In this document: in pieces, positions 41,171 through 50,055 of the stretch
Numbering within the stretch: the first letter of the stretch is position 1
How the letters are laid out: each line of letters starts with the position of its first letter
IMG/VR virus record: IMGVR_UViG_3300033512_000032
Location: 1 to 58,368 of that record
DNA length: 58,368 bases
Direction: 5' to 3' (one strand)
DNA from: a virus
Notes under the pieces: model-generated
Databases searched by the model: none
What the model was told of the DNA's origin: nothing
Seen by the model: only the letters and a program-made list of their open reading frames with translations
Translations under genes and position numbers: made by a program

Positions 41171-42728
41171 TTAAGTAATCCAATCTCTGTTGTGCAGTCA
41201 TATTTTCACTATCAGTGACTTCACCATAATCAGCGAACCGAATGCCATTAACCATGAGAGTATGCTTTTCGTTATTAATGATGTAAACTTTAACTAACAA
41301 ATCAGAATCAACAATAGCTGCATATTTACTGTTCTTTACTCGCTTCCACTCGCCATCTTCATAAACAGCATGAGAACCGGTTACGCCAATTCCTTCATAG
41401 TTGAATATGTCTTTTGCTAGTACAATACCAATCCCTGTGACCATACCACCTTCAGCACAGTCTTCCATGAGGCCAACATCTTCCACCGGTTTCGTTGTAC
41501 CATCAGACATTGTAATAGGTGTTCCGGCAAGAAAACAGAATAGATTACCAATTGCACCTAATGGATTAAGTACTGCATTGGCTACTTGCCCAGCAGTACT
41601 TGGTTCATCTGCATCAGAAAATGGATTAAGAATTGCATTTGTTGCCGTATTCAAGGTTTCTTTATTAAAAGCGTCATCATCTCCAAAGGCATAATCTATT
41701 GGTGCCATTACCGTTCTTTCAAGAGCTGCCATATTTTTAGCTGCTCTTCCTGCGACAGTACCATCTGGTGCTAGTAATGTTCCGGGCGCTAATGAAGCCA
41801 TGACTCCTGCTGTGCCAGGACTATCAACAGTTCTTTGTTGCTTTGTCTTTTCTTCATACGGGATACCAGCCCCGCCCCACTGTCCTCTTGCCATTTCTGC
41901 AGCTGCTATATATGCTATGGCATTTCCGGCAACTTTTGCGGTACTTGATAGTGCTCCTGTTTTCCCTGCACCATAAGCAGCACCTTCACCAACATAAGTT
42001 CCAGTCCCAGCAGTACCTGATATACCAGGGGTTACCGCATTGGCCCCATAAGCAGCACCTTCACTAGCTAGTGCGTTTGTTCCATAAGCAGCACCTTCAC
42101 CAATATAAGTTCCAGTGGCTGCAGTGCCTGACAGACCTGCATTTGAAGCTGTACTAGCTGCAAGACCTCCTACTTCAGGTGCCACTACAGATGCTGCATC
42201 AGCAACTAATGCTGGTGTAGATGGTTTTGTCGCAAGAGTAGCTTCGCCAAGTGAAGTTGTTACAGGGTTTGTGGAAGTAGAAGAATTTAGACCAAGAGCA
42301 TCTTTAATTCCAGTTAAACCCTTAGAGATTAAACCTGGTTCTTGAGTAACACCCGAAGCACTAGCCAATTTCTCTGCAAGTAAACTATTTTTATAGGCGC
42401 CATAGGCACTAACACCAGTTCCAAGCATTCCAAGCATGTTGCCAGTAGTAGCATTTGACTTTGCTGCATCTGCTTCTTGAGCAGATAGAGCTGTCATATC
42501 ATTATAGTATTTAAGCTGATTTTCTTTCTCTTGTTTATCTACATTTAATGCTTCTTGCTGAATAGCCACACCAGCGTTTGCATTTTTTAAAACGTCTTGA
42601 TTATATTCTGCATCTTCAGTTGCAGCATAGGCAGCAGGTAAAGAAGCAGCTTTTGCTTTTACTATAGCGCCATAATCTAAACCATAATAAGGTTTTTTAG
42701 TTAGAGCTGATAGTTGAGTTGTACCCAT
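41151..42728 (-). CDS. Internal virion protein with C-terminal Hint (bacterial intein-like) domain
   Basis: Gly/Ala/Thr-rich N-terminal part with internal repeats GT(A/G)TGTY(I/V)GEGAAYG. The C-terminal module starts CFLAGTPITMSDGTTKPVEDV and contains VTGSHAVY, as Hint domains do. Confidence 0.65.
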   Translation of the reverse strand: MGTTQLSALTKKPYYGLDYGAIVKAKAASLPAAYAATEDAEYNQDVLKNANAGVAIQQEALNVDKQEKENQLKYYNDMTALSAQEADAAKSNATTGNMLGMLGTGVSAYGAYKNSLLAEKLASASGVTQEPGLISKGLTGIKDALGLNSSTSTNPVTTSLGEATLATKPSTPALVADAASVVAPEVGGLAASTASNAGLSGTAATGTYIGEGAAYGTNALASEGAAYGANAVTPGISGTAGTGTYVGEGAAYGAGKTGALSSTAKVAGNAIAYIAAAEMARGQWGGAGIPYEEKTKQQRTVDSPGTAGVMASLAPGTLLAPDGTVAGRAAKNMAALERTVMAPIDYAFGDDDAFNKETLNTATNAILNPFSDADEPSTAGQVANAVLNPLGAIGNLFCFLAGTPITMSDGTTKPVEDVGLMEDCAEGGMVTGIGIVLAKDIFNYEGIGVTGSHAVYEDGEWKRVKNSKYAAIVDSDLLVKVYIINNEKHTLMVNGIRFADYGEVTDSENMTAQQRLDYLNEYCRI

Positions 42729-43202
42729 TTATTTACTCCCAAGACGTTTTAAGTAAAGTTGTAAAAGAGACTCTGTCATTTGATTCTGATTATAAGCCCC
42801 ATATAAACCAATACCTGCGTTTACAGCACCTAGTACATTGGACCAAGATGATTTATCTTTTGCTAAGTCTAAAGTATCACGAGCATTTTGAGTGCGAAGA
42901 TTATAATAAGCATTGGATGTGCCAATACCTAGTGTTTTATCTATGTCAACTTTTTGCTGGTCAAGGTTTAACTTTGCCTTTGCTAAAGCAACTGAATCAT
43001 TATGTTCTTTGGCAGTAGTTGCTAAATTAGAAACAGCCAGATTATGGGCAGATAATTGCTTCATTGCTGCTTGATCTACGTCAGAAAAATTTGCTAAGGC
43101 CCGTAGAGCAGGAGGCATATTGAGAACCCTTTGCATCATTTGCTGGTACTCTGGGTTCTCTGTCATCGCACCTATATCTGCTGCCATTGTCGGAATAGCC
43201 AT
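42729..43202 (-). CDS. Hypothetical virion protein (157 aa)
   Basis: ORF with the RBS GTAGGAGAATATC. Its stop abuts the next start. Confidence 0.6.
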   Translation of the reverse strand: MAIPTMAADIGAMTENPEYQQMMQRVLNMPPALRALANFSDVDQAAMKQLSAHNLAVSNLATTAKEHNDSVALAKAKLNLDQQKVDIDKTLGIGTSNAYYNLRTQNARDTLDLAKDKSSWSNVLGAVNAGIGLYGAYNQNQMTESLLQLYLKRLGSK

Positions 43203-43276
43203 GATATTCTCCTACATGTAGATAAATTATATTAACACACTTCGACCACAAAGTAAACCGAATTATAAAATAAAGT

Positions 43277-43753
43277 TTACTTTTTATCAACAGGGGCTGA
43301 GTTAAATATCATATCTGTTTTATCCTTTGAAGATTTTGTAGTTCCAAAGAAATATCCAGTAATTGTTTTATACTCACCTATAATGATTCCTACAAAGCCA
43401 CCAATTAAAGCAGCCACGCCAGGTTCTACGGTTGGAAGGCCTTTGTAAAGTAGATAACTAATAATGCCTATTGGAGCAATAACACACCAAGTAGCTAGAA
43501 TATATAGGAAATAATCTGCATGGCCTGTTGCTTGTTCTCTCTTACTTTGGTTATCCCTTGCATTAGCTCGATCTTTAAATTCCTCAATCTTAAGTTGAAA
43601 CTCATTATTTAAGTCCTGAAGTTCACCTTTCTGTTGCAACTCGAACAATGCAAACTTAGCCTTATCCGCATCTGCTTTATCTGGGAATATCTTATCAAGT
43701 ATCTTCCCACCAAAGTCTGCAATACTTCCAATTCCTAAAGCATCAAGTCCCAT
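43277..43753 (-). CDS. Holin-like membrane protein (resembles the 3-TM GTA-type holin family)
   Basis: N-terminal ILDKIFPDKADADKAKFALFELQ followed by hydrophobic helices FLYILATWCVIAPIGIISYLLY and AALIGGFVGIIIG. Adjacent to a putative wall hydrolase. Confidence 0.45.
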   Translation of the reverse strand: MGLDALGIGSIADFGGKILDKIFPDKADADKAKFALFELQQKGELQDLNNEFQLKIEEFKDRANARDNQSKREQATGHADYFLYILATWCVIAPIGIISYLLYKGLPTVEPGVAALIGGFVGIIIGEYKTITGYFFGTTKSSKDKTDMIFNSAPVDKK

Positions 43754-43754
43754 A

Positions 43755-44144
43755 CTATTCTCCCTTCACTATCTCAATCGTTAGTTCCTGCCCTTTAATC
43801 TTATTCATCAGCGTAGCAAAAGCTGTCCTAGATCGACCTATGTAATCATATCCCTTTGTGCATCCAACAAGTAAGCATCCTTCTGTGTCTTGTGCTGTGT
43901 TCCCAGAATGAATGCGAACACCTTCAAAGCCTGGGACATCCTTAATCAAAGGCATATACTTTTGGAAACGTGGACTGAAAGTAATTTCAACGTCATACGT
44001 TCCATAAGGGATCGCAGTCTTACCGTATATCTTCTCAGGTCGGGCAGCATCCTCCAGAGTAAAACAGAAATGCTCACCATCAATAAGTAGTTCACCAATG
44101 GTAGATATTTCAGTAAACTCTCTCCTAATTACAATCAGCTTCAT
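43755..44144 (-). CDS. Putative cell-wall hydrolase (DUF5675-like, His/Cys motif)
   Basis: 129 aa. VRIHSGNTAQDTEGCLLVG resembles the H...GC catalytic signature of YkuD-fold enzymes. Sits in the lysis cassette. Family recalled from memory. Confidence 0.4.
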   Translation of the reverse strand: MKLIVIRREFTEISTIGELLIDGEHFCFTLEDAARPEKIYGKTAIPYGTYDVEITFSPRFQKYMPLIKDVPGFEGVRIHSGNTAQDTEGCLLVGCTKGYDYIGRSRTAFATLMNKIKGQELTIEIVKGE

Positions 44145-44287
44145 AGCTTCCCATCCTCTCTCAACGCCCTCTCGACAAGCTCCAATCGCTTCAAGTCATT
44201 GTTTCTGCACTCTCTCAAAGCAGTTATCTCAAAGGCCAATTCCATCCATGTCTTCATTATTTGATGCCATATTTCGTAATAGTTCAT
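44141..44287 (-). CDS. Hypothetical small protein (48 aa)
   Basis: Hand translation MNYYEIWHQIMKTWMELAFEITALRECRNNDLKRLELVERALREDGKL. ATGA-coupled at both ends, and it fills the gap between two track ORFs. Confidence 0.5.
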   Translation of the reverse strand: MNYYEIWHQIMKTWMELAFEITALRECRNNDLKRLELVERALREDGKL

Positions 44288-44604
44288 TTTAGTATCTTCT
44301 CCAAACACTGACTGCCGAAGTGGTAAACAACATAAATGACACCCCCAGCAAATGCAACTTTTATCAAAGTCCCTATAACATTATCTTTAAGCTCATTCAT
44401 CGGTTTCCGAAACCAGTTAAACTTCTCAAGATCATCAAGTCTCTTGCTGTACCCTTCGCATACTGATTCCAATTTTGTTTTGATCTCAATAATGTTATGG
44501 CTCATTCCGTTTTTAACCAGTGTCTCCAACACGGTTATCCTGTTTGAGTATTCCAGTTGCCGTTCTAAAATCAGGTCCAATTTGTCATCAGCAGTCATTG
44601 TCAT
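44284..44604 (-). CDS. Coiled-coil protein with C-terminal transmembrane helix (lysis-cassette associated)
   Basis: 106 aa with the RBS AAAAGGAGACGTT and the C-terminal helix IGTLIKVAFAGGVIYVVYHF. Confidence 0.55.
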   Translation of the reverse strand: MTMTADDKLDLILERQLEYSNRITVLETLVKNGMSHNIIEIKTKLESVCEGYSKRLDDLEKFNWFRKPMNELKDNVIGTLIKVAFAGGVIYVVYHFGSQCLEKILK

Positions 44605-44619
44605 AACGTCTCCTTTTTA

Positions 44620-44922
44620 TTATTTCACAGCTTCCACTTGAGTATATTGTATTTGCTCGTCAATCCATTCTCTCAGTGTCAAATATCTGTAAGGCTCAAT
44701 CTCAGGATAGTGACTTCGATACAGCGTCACTTCCATATGATCATCTGCCCATATCTCAGTAAGAGGAATCCAATCACCATTGATAAGTGCCTGTGCCTGT
44801 GCGTGATCAGTGCTCTCGTCGATCTTTGATATGGAAATCCTCACCTGAGTTTTATTAATCGCTCCCCAAGTCCAAGCGCAGAGGATTGAGTTGGGGACAC
44901 AGTATGTTTTTGCGTTAAGCAT
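44620..44922 (-). CDS. Hypothetical protein (100 aa)
   Basis: ORF with the RBS TTAAGGAGACAATC. Confidence 0.65.
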   Translation of the reverse strand: MLNAKTYCVPNSILCAWTWGAINKTQVRISISKIDESTDHAQAQALINGDWIPLTEIWADDHMEVTLYRSHYPEIEPYRYLTLREWIDEQIQYTQVEAVK

Positions 44923-44932
44923 GATTGTCTCC

Positions 44933-45739
44933 TTAATTGTGGAATGTTGACACGCCCATGAATTTTCTGGGATTACCTACTTTCATATGACTCGATATTC
45001 TGTAAGTTAACGCTGCATTGGGATTAAAGGATGCGTGTTTATACTGCCAGCCTCTTGAACCGCCTTGAGTGGAAAGGAGAAGTGCTCCGGTGGCTGCTGG
45101 TGTGAGGACATTCTTAACTGACGTATCACTTATCCACGCATCACAAGTATATCCTGCTAATCTTAATAGATAAAAACTAGGGTCTGTGACCAGATTAACG
45201 GTATAGTATTTTGTGTAAGTTCCTGCTGCTGCAATATTTGGAAACGGGAAATTGCTCACGTCACTCGTAGCACAACCAGCTCTCATACGACCAGTAATAC
45301 TATCTACCACTATAGACCCTAATTGTAGTGTCCCAGTTGGTGTAACTCTACTTGTTTGATATACGCCCATAACAAGACCATCAGAAACTATCCGCAAACG
45401 ATCACCAGCATCGTCTGCTTCTAAATAACTAGTCCCAGTTTGAGTTCCATTTAACGACCACGATTGTGGTACATTAGACGCCCATGTTCCAGTAAATGAT
45501 GGATTGAGTAGTTTTTCAAGATAGGTTTCCTCACTCGGAGCCGTAGCACTTATCCACGCTTGAGCCCAGAGCACAGGAGTTGCCTCAGTTGACCAAAACT
45601 CTATCAGCCTATTTCTATACGGAGAAAGATCAACCCCAACTGGAGCGCAGAAAGCATTGGCTGTCGTAGAATCTATCAAAGCATTTCCTGCTGTAATTGA
45701 TCCAGCTACTATCGTTGGAAAGTTTCTATATAAGCTCAT
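44933..45739 (-). CDS. Putative tail fibre or receptor-binding accessory protein (268 aa)
   Basis: ORF with an AGGAGG RBS. Beta-rich and Thr/Ser/Gly-rich sequence, next to the fibre gene. Confidence 0.45.
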   Translation of the reverse strand: MSLYRNFPTIVAGSITAGNALIDSTTANAFCAPVGVDLSPYRNRLIEFWSTEATPVLWAQAWISATAPSEETYLEKLLNPSFTGTWASNVPQSWSLNGTQTGTSYLEADDAGDRLRIVSDGLVMGVYQTSRVTPTGTLQLGSIVVDSITGRMRAGCATSDVSNFPFPNIAAAGTYTKYYTVNLVTDPSFYLLRLAGYTCDAWISDTSVKNVLTPAATGALLLSTQGGSRGWQYKHASFNPNAALTYRISSHMKVGNPRKFMGVSTFHN

Positions 45740-45748
45740 GCCAGCCTC

Positions 45749-47128
45749 CTAAGCCAAAGTCCACGTTCCATCTGTGCTAGTCACATACAGAAGCGCAGTA
45801 GAAATAAGCTTAAAGTGCGCAGTCTGATACTTGCTTGCCTCACTCGTTGCCGTTCCACCAGCACTCGACGCATCAGCAGCCCTGACAATCGTGATCGAAG
45901 CATCAACGTCAAGGATGATCTTACCTGCTCCTGTGCCGTCTTTAATCAAGCGGAACTCTTTTCCAATATCAGCAGCAGAAGCCGCACCAAGGGTGAAGGT
46001 CTGATCGCTTGAATGATCGCCCTGCCATGTCTTAGGAACAGAACTCAACTCTGCCCATGTAATCGCGGTGGGTGTGGCAGTACCTACGTCAACAACATCC
46101 AGGCCGATTTCAGTGAGGAGCGGACTGGGATTCCATTCAATTAAAGTTCCTGCCGATCCTCTGGCAACTCCAAGAATTTGTATCTGATCGCCATCACCGG
46201 AAGGAGCGGTCTGCGTCAATGCACCAGAAGTTGAAGCGTAAAGCAGCCCACCGCAAGTCCAAGTCCAAGTTGACTTATATCCCCAGCCTCTTATGCCAAC
46301 TAAACAAGTCGCATCGGCAGCAGCAGTTGCAAGGGAAATCCTCATTGCTGGCATAGTAGCTGCTTGATCTGCATCGCAAATCCACCACTTGCCGTCTGAT
46401 TTTAGGTATAGTGGCGTCCAGATAGCCGAGATTGTTTCACCGACTGTTACTGTTTCAGTATCGCCTGAGAATGTGTCTGTCGTTGCTGGTACTGTATCCC
46501 ATTGTGCTTTTGCTTGATCTGACATTGTTAAAAGCGTAGCAACTGTAAGATTGGTAACGGAAGGACTATTTGACCAAATAGGATCAGCATCTGTCTGTCC
46601 AATTAATACTTCACCTGTTGCACCGACTGCTGTAGGAGTAACTGCACCAGTGCCAGACCCAAGCATAACTCCGTGATCTGTGACGGTGGATAAACCCGTT
46701 CCACCTTGCGTAACCGGTACAGGGATAGCTGTTATCCCTAAGTCAGTCGGCCCCCAAGCTGAAACATCCCAGATGAAGCACTGCCCCTCGCCGGGCGTTA
46801 GGGTAAACGTAACGCCGTTAGCAACCACTGATAGGTTGTGGGTTGAGGTGTCATTATTAATTACCATGAACTTACGAATAGTCGCTGTGGTAGTCGGGGC
46901 TTGTAACGTCTGTGTATTCCCTGCTGCGGTTAAAGTAACCACAACACCGTTATAAGCATCTACTATTGCCGTGGCCGTAGCCACTGAAGATGCCGGGTTT
47001 GTCGATGCGGTAAAGTTCTCTGTAACAGTAGAACCACTTATTGTAACACCACTTATCGTTCCACCAGTTATACTGACATTAGATGGGTTAAAAGGAGGTC
47101 CATCAATTCCTTCATTTCCAATAGTCAT
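45749..47128 (-). CDS. Tail fibre or spike protein (459 aa)
   Basis: N-terminal ITGGTISGVTISGSTV repeat typical of fibre shafts. Gly/Thr/Ala-rich throughout. Strong RBS AAGGAGGTG. Confidence 0.6.
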   Translation of the reverse strand: MTIGNEGIDGPPFNPSNVSITGGTISGVTISGSTVTENFTASTNPASSVATATAIVDAYNGVVVTLTAAGNTQTLQAPTTTATIRKFMVINNDTSTHNLSVVANGVTFTLTPGEGQCFIWDVSAWGPTDLGITAIPVPVTQGGTGLSTVTDHGVMLGSGTGAVTPTAVGATGEVLIGQTDADPIWSNSPSVTNLTVATLLTMSDQAKAQWDTVPATTDTFSGDTETVTVGETISAIWTPLYLKSDGKWWICDADQAATMPAMRISLATAAADATCLVGIRGWGYKSTWTWTCGGLLYASTSGALTQTAPSGDGDQIQILGVARGSAGTLIEWNPSPLLTEIGLDVVDVGTATPTAITWAELSSVPKTWQGDHSSDQTFTLGAASAADIGKEFRLIKDGTGAGKIILDVDASITIVRAADASSAGGTATSEASKYQTAHFKLISTALLYVTSTDGTWTLA

Positions 47129-47130
47129 GA

Positions 47131-47727
47131 CTACACCTCCTTATAAAATAATGTATATTTGATGACTGAACCAGAAGCATTTACCGCATTAATAGCCTTA
47201 AAGTTTTTAATATTGTGTGCACCTCTAATAACGTATGACTGCCCAGTTACCATTAGATGCCCCATTGCAGATAAAGCAGTCGTTCCTGCAAGTACACCAC
47301 TTAATGTAAACCTTACATCTGCTGTTTCAACAGTTATTAAGCATGCTTTAGGTGAAGCATAACTTACAATTGGTAGTACATCTTGATAAATAACTACTGT
47401 ACCTGTAGATGTTTGGCCAGTCAGGGTTTCAGCCACAAACGTACCGACTATATCCTTTACCCATAGCCATCCAGCATCTGCACTTCCAGCAGCTACACCA
47501 TTTTCTATTGCCCTTGCGACTAACACACAAGTAGCAGAAGAAGTGCCACCTTTTAATGTCTCACCAACTGTTAAACCACTAACTGCACCACCAGTATAAC
47601 GAATTCTGTGCGTTGCAGTACTTGGTGCAGAAATAAATTGCTCAGCAAAACTTCTAGCAGAAGTAATTGCAGACCAACTACCTGAATAACCTGCATCTCC
47701 ATCATGTGCAAAAACTACGCCATTCAT
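47131..47727 (-). CDS. Hypothetical structural protein (198 aa)
   Basis: ORF with an AAGGAGGT RBS, within the tail module. Confidence 0.6.
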   Translation of the reverse strand: MNGVVFAHDGDAGYSGSWSAITSARSFAEQFISAPSTATHRIRYTGGAVSGLTVGETLKGGTSSATCVLVARAIENGVAAGSADAGWLWVKDIVGTFVAETLTGQTSTGTVVIYQDVLPIVSYASPKACLITVETADVRFTLSGVLAGTTALSAMGHLMVTGQSYVIRGAHNIKNFKAINAVNASGSVIKYTLFYKEV

Positions 47728-47764
47728 ATTTACTACCTCCTTTTTGGCCTATCACCACTAAAAC

Positions 47765-48421
47765 TTAATCAATAGAACTAAAATCCATACTAATTTCATA
47801 TGTTACTGTTAATTGTGCACTATTTGCGACTGGGACTACTGGAGCAAGCACTGAGCGTTCAGTAAGGAAAGTATTACAACCATAGTCTGAGTACAGACCA
47901 ACTTCCTTAATAGTAATACTTCCACCACTATTATTATTTATAATTCTCTTACTTGTCATTGTCCAAATTTTAGAAGCATAGGACTTACTATCATAGCCAC
48001 TTGCTTGATAAGTTAATTTGCCTGAACCAGTTCCATTTGCTATAGGAGCAACTAATGCATACTGTTCCATGCTCCAAGCGGTATCACCAGTTCCTACAAC
48101 AATACCTCTTAAAGCACCTACTACACCAGCAGTAATTTCTGTTATATATAATAAATTGCTATTATTATTACCAGAGATATTTTTACCAATTAAAGAACCA
48201 ACACCAAAAGAACCTGATAACGTACCATTAGTCCCAATGCCTGCTCTAAAATTATAGAAGTTTCTCGTCCAACTATGGCCTCTCTGCTTATCGTCAAAGA
48301 TCAACTTGCCATCCTTATGAACTTGAAACCCTATATGTACATCAGGGGGTGGAGGAACTTTTAAGTCCTTACACTTATCCCTAAGTTCTGCAAACTTCTT
48401 TTCTTCTTCAGGATTCAACAT
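47765..48421 (-). CDS. Tail-module paralog B (218 aa)
   Basis: Clearly paralogous to 48421..49113: MLNPEEEKKFAELRDKCKDLKV...QRGHSWTRNFYNF versus MLDPQEEAKFVELKATCRELRV...QRGHSWTRNYWNY. Confidence 0.7.
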   Translation of the reverse strand: MLNPEEEKKFAELRDKCKDLKVPPPPDVHIGFQVHKDGKLIFDDKQRGHSWTRNFYNFRAGIGTNGTLSGSFGVGSLIGKNISGNNNSNLLYITEITAGVVGALRGIVVGTGDTAWSMEQYALVAPIANGTGSGKLTYQASGYDSKSYASKIWTMTSKRIINNNSGGSITIKEVGLYSDYGCNTFLTERSVLAPVVPVANSAQLTVTYEISMDFSSID

Positions 48422-49113
48422 TAATTCACCCCCGAAAAATCTTCTACTATTGTATAGGTTACTGTAAGTTGTGCGCCATCTGGGACTGTTACGGTAGCCA
48501 CTAGTTTAGATCTTTCTAATAGCCAACTTTCACCAGCTCCCTCACCAAAAATTCCAGAAACAAGTAATCCTGTCTCAGCCACTACAATATCTCCGCCACT
48601 ATTATTATTAAAAATTCTATTACCTGTAATAGTCCAAGTCTTTGCAATTGGTGCGTAAGTAGTACTTGCCACTGCACTTGCATTATAATAAAGTTTTGCA
48701 GCACTACTTCCTGATTCTATTAAAGTAGCAAGTGCATACTGATCAATGTTAAAAGCAGTTGTTCCTGTACCTACCACAATCCCTGCAGCATACTTATTAG
48801 CAATTGCCGTTAATAAACTGTTCCAACTAGTACTTATAGAAGCTTGGAATGTAAGATCACCTACTAATCTCTTAACTGACACATAACCAGCTCCAAAAGT
48901 GCTATCAATAAATGTGCAGCCACTACATAGACAATGTAGATAGTTCCAATAGTTCCTAGTCCAACTATGTCCACGCTGAATATCTTCATGAATCAACTTG
49001 CCAGCATCATGTACTTGAGTACCTATGAATAAGTCTGTAGGTGCTTGCACTCTAAGTTCTCTACATGTTGCTTTAAGTTCTACAAATTTTGCCTCTTCTT
49101 GTGGGTCTAACAT
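48421..49113 (-). CDS. Tail-module paralog A (230 aa)
   Basis: See paralog B. The two form a tandem duplication with a TAATG junction. Confidence 0.7.
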   Translation of the reverse strand: MLDPQEEAKFVELKATCRELRVQAPTDLFIGTQVHDAGKLIHEDIQRGHSWTRNYWNYLHCLCSGCTFIDSTFGAGYVSVKRLVGDLTFQASISTSWNSLLTAIANKYAAGIVVGTGTTAFNIDQYALATLIESGSSAAKLYYNASAVASTTYAPIAKTWTITGNRIFNNNSGGDIVVAETGLLVSGIFGEGAGESWLLERSKLVATVTVPDGAQLTVTYTIVEDFSGVN

Positions 49114-49121
49114 ATTTTCTC

Positions 49122-50048
49122 CTATGGCCCAGTAACTAATGTAGCTATTGCCACTGTTGGTGGTGCTGGTACATTTAATGCGGTGTTACCAATTGATTGA
49201 GGCGCAACATTATAAGGATGCGTACCAATATATCTTATAATCATTATTCTATTCACATTAATTGGGCGTGTCTCATTACCACCAGTACTCCCAGTAGTAT
49301 AGCTTGAAGCACCGCCGGCACCATCACCAGCACTACCGTCTCCGAACATTTCATCATGTGTTGCAGTCCTTGGCGGTGCAGCGTGCACATGCGCTTTAAA
49401 TATATCTTCCTGTTCAGTTCCTACGTGGTCTCCTGCAGTTATAGTAGCACCAGTCGCAGTTGGAGCAGTCCGCGTTGCGGCATCTGGATCTATACCAGCA
49501 CCATGGTCCCATACACGTGGGAATTTACCACGCATATCAGGGAGATTAAAGTGAGCCGCATCTGCTGCGCCATACATCACGCCAATTACTGCAAATAGCT
49601 CTGGATAACTTGCTCGTAATAATGATGACCCATCTTCTTCTAACCAACCATATGGTATCTCTTCAGAAGGCCAAAATATTTCCATACCAACTGGTAATAA
49701 TAGACCTAATGTTATTGGTACTTGAAAATATGTACCGTCGTATATAACTTTTACAATCTGGTTTATTACAATATCATAGGCACTTAGATTAAGTAGACTT
49801 CCTTGCTTTCTAAGTGTCACTGCTCCTAATCCATTAACATTTAACGTAGCAGAACCTGTATTAATATGGTTTGCTTTAAACTTTAACTCCATACCTTCTA
49901 TTAAAGCTGTAATAGACGGTGGATAAGTAACAAGGTAATTGTTACTGGACCCTGTGGCTACTGCATAACTGATACTATTATCTATAATATCTTTTATTGT
50001 AGCCGCTTGCTCACCACCTATTGTTGTATCAGCAACTAAATCAGCCAT
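49122..50048 (-). CDS. Tail fibre protein with phage tail-collar domain
   Basis: ORF track starts at 50090. I prefer the ATG at 50048 after GGAGG. The tail-collar signature is IFWPSEEIPYGWLEEDGSSLLRASYPELFAVIGVMYG...FNLPDMRGKFPR. Confidence 0.75.
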   Translation of the reverse strand: MADLVADTTIGGEQAATIKDIIDNSISYAVATGSSNNYLVTYPPSITALIEGMELKFKANHINTGSATLNVNGLGAVTLRKQGSLLNLSAYDIVINQIVKVIYDGTYFQVPITLGLLLPVGMEIFWPSEEIPYGWLEEDGSSLLRASYPELFAVIGVMYGAADAAHFNLPDMRGKFPRVWDHGAGIDPDAATRTAPTATGATITAGDHVGTEQEDIFKAHVHAAPPRTATHDEMFGDGSAGDGAGGASSYTTGSTGGNETRPINVNRIMIIRYIGTHPYNVAPQSIGNTALNVPAPPTVAIATLVTGP

Positions 50049-50055
50049 AATTATA

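Noticed and set aside
41940-42130. Nucleotide-level direct repeats (GCAGCACCTTCACC... units) as a possible regulatory array
   Set aside because: They lie in frame inside the Hint-protein gene and encode the repeated peptide GTxTGTY(I/V)GEGAAYG. This is a protein repeat, not a DNA element.
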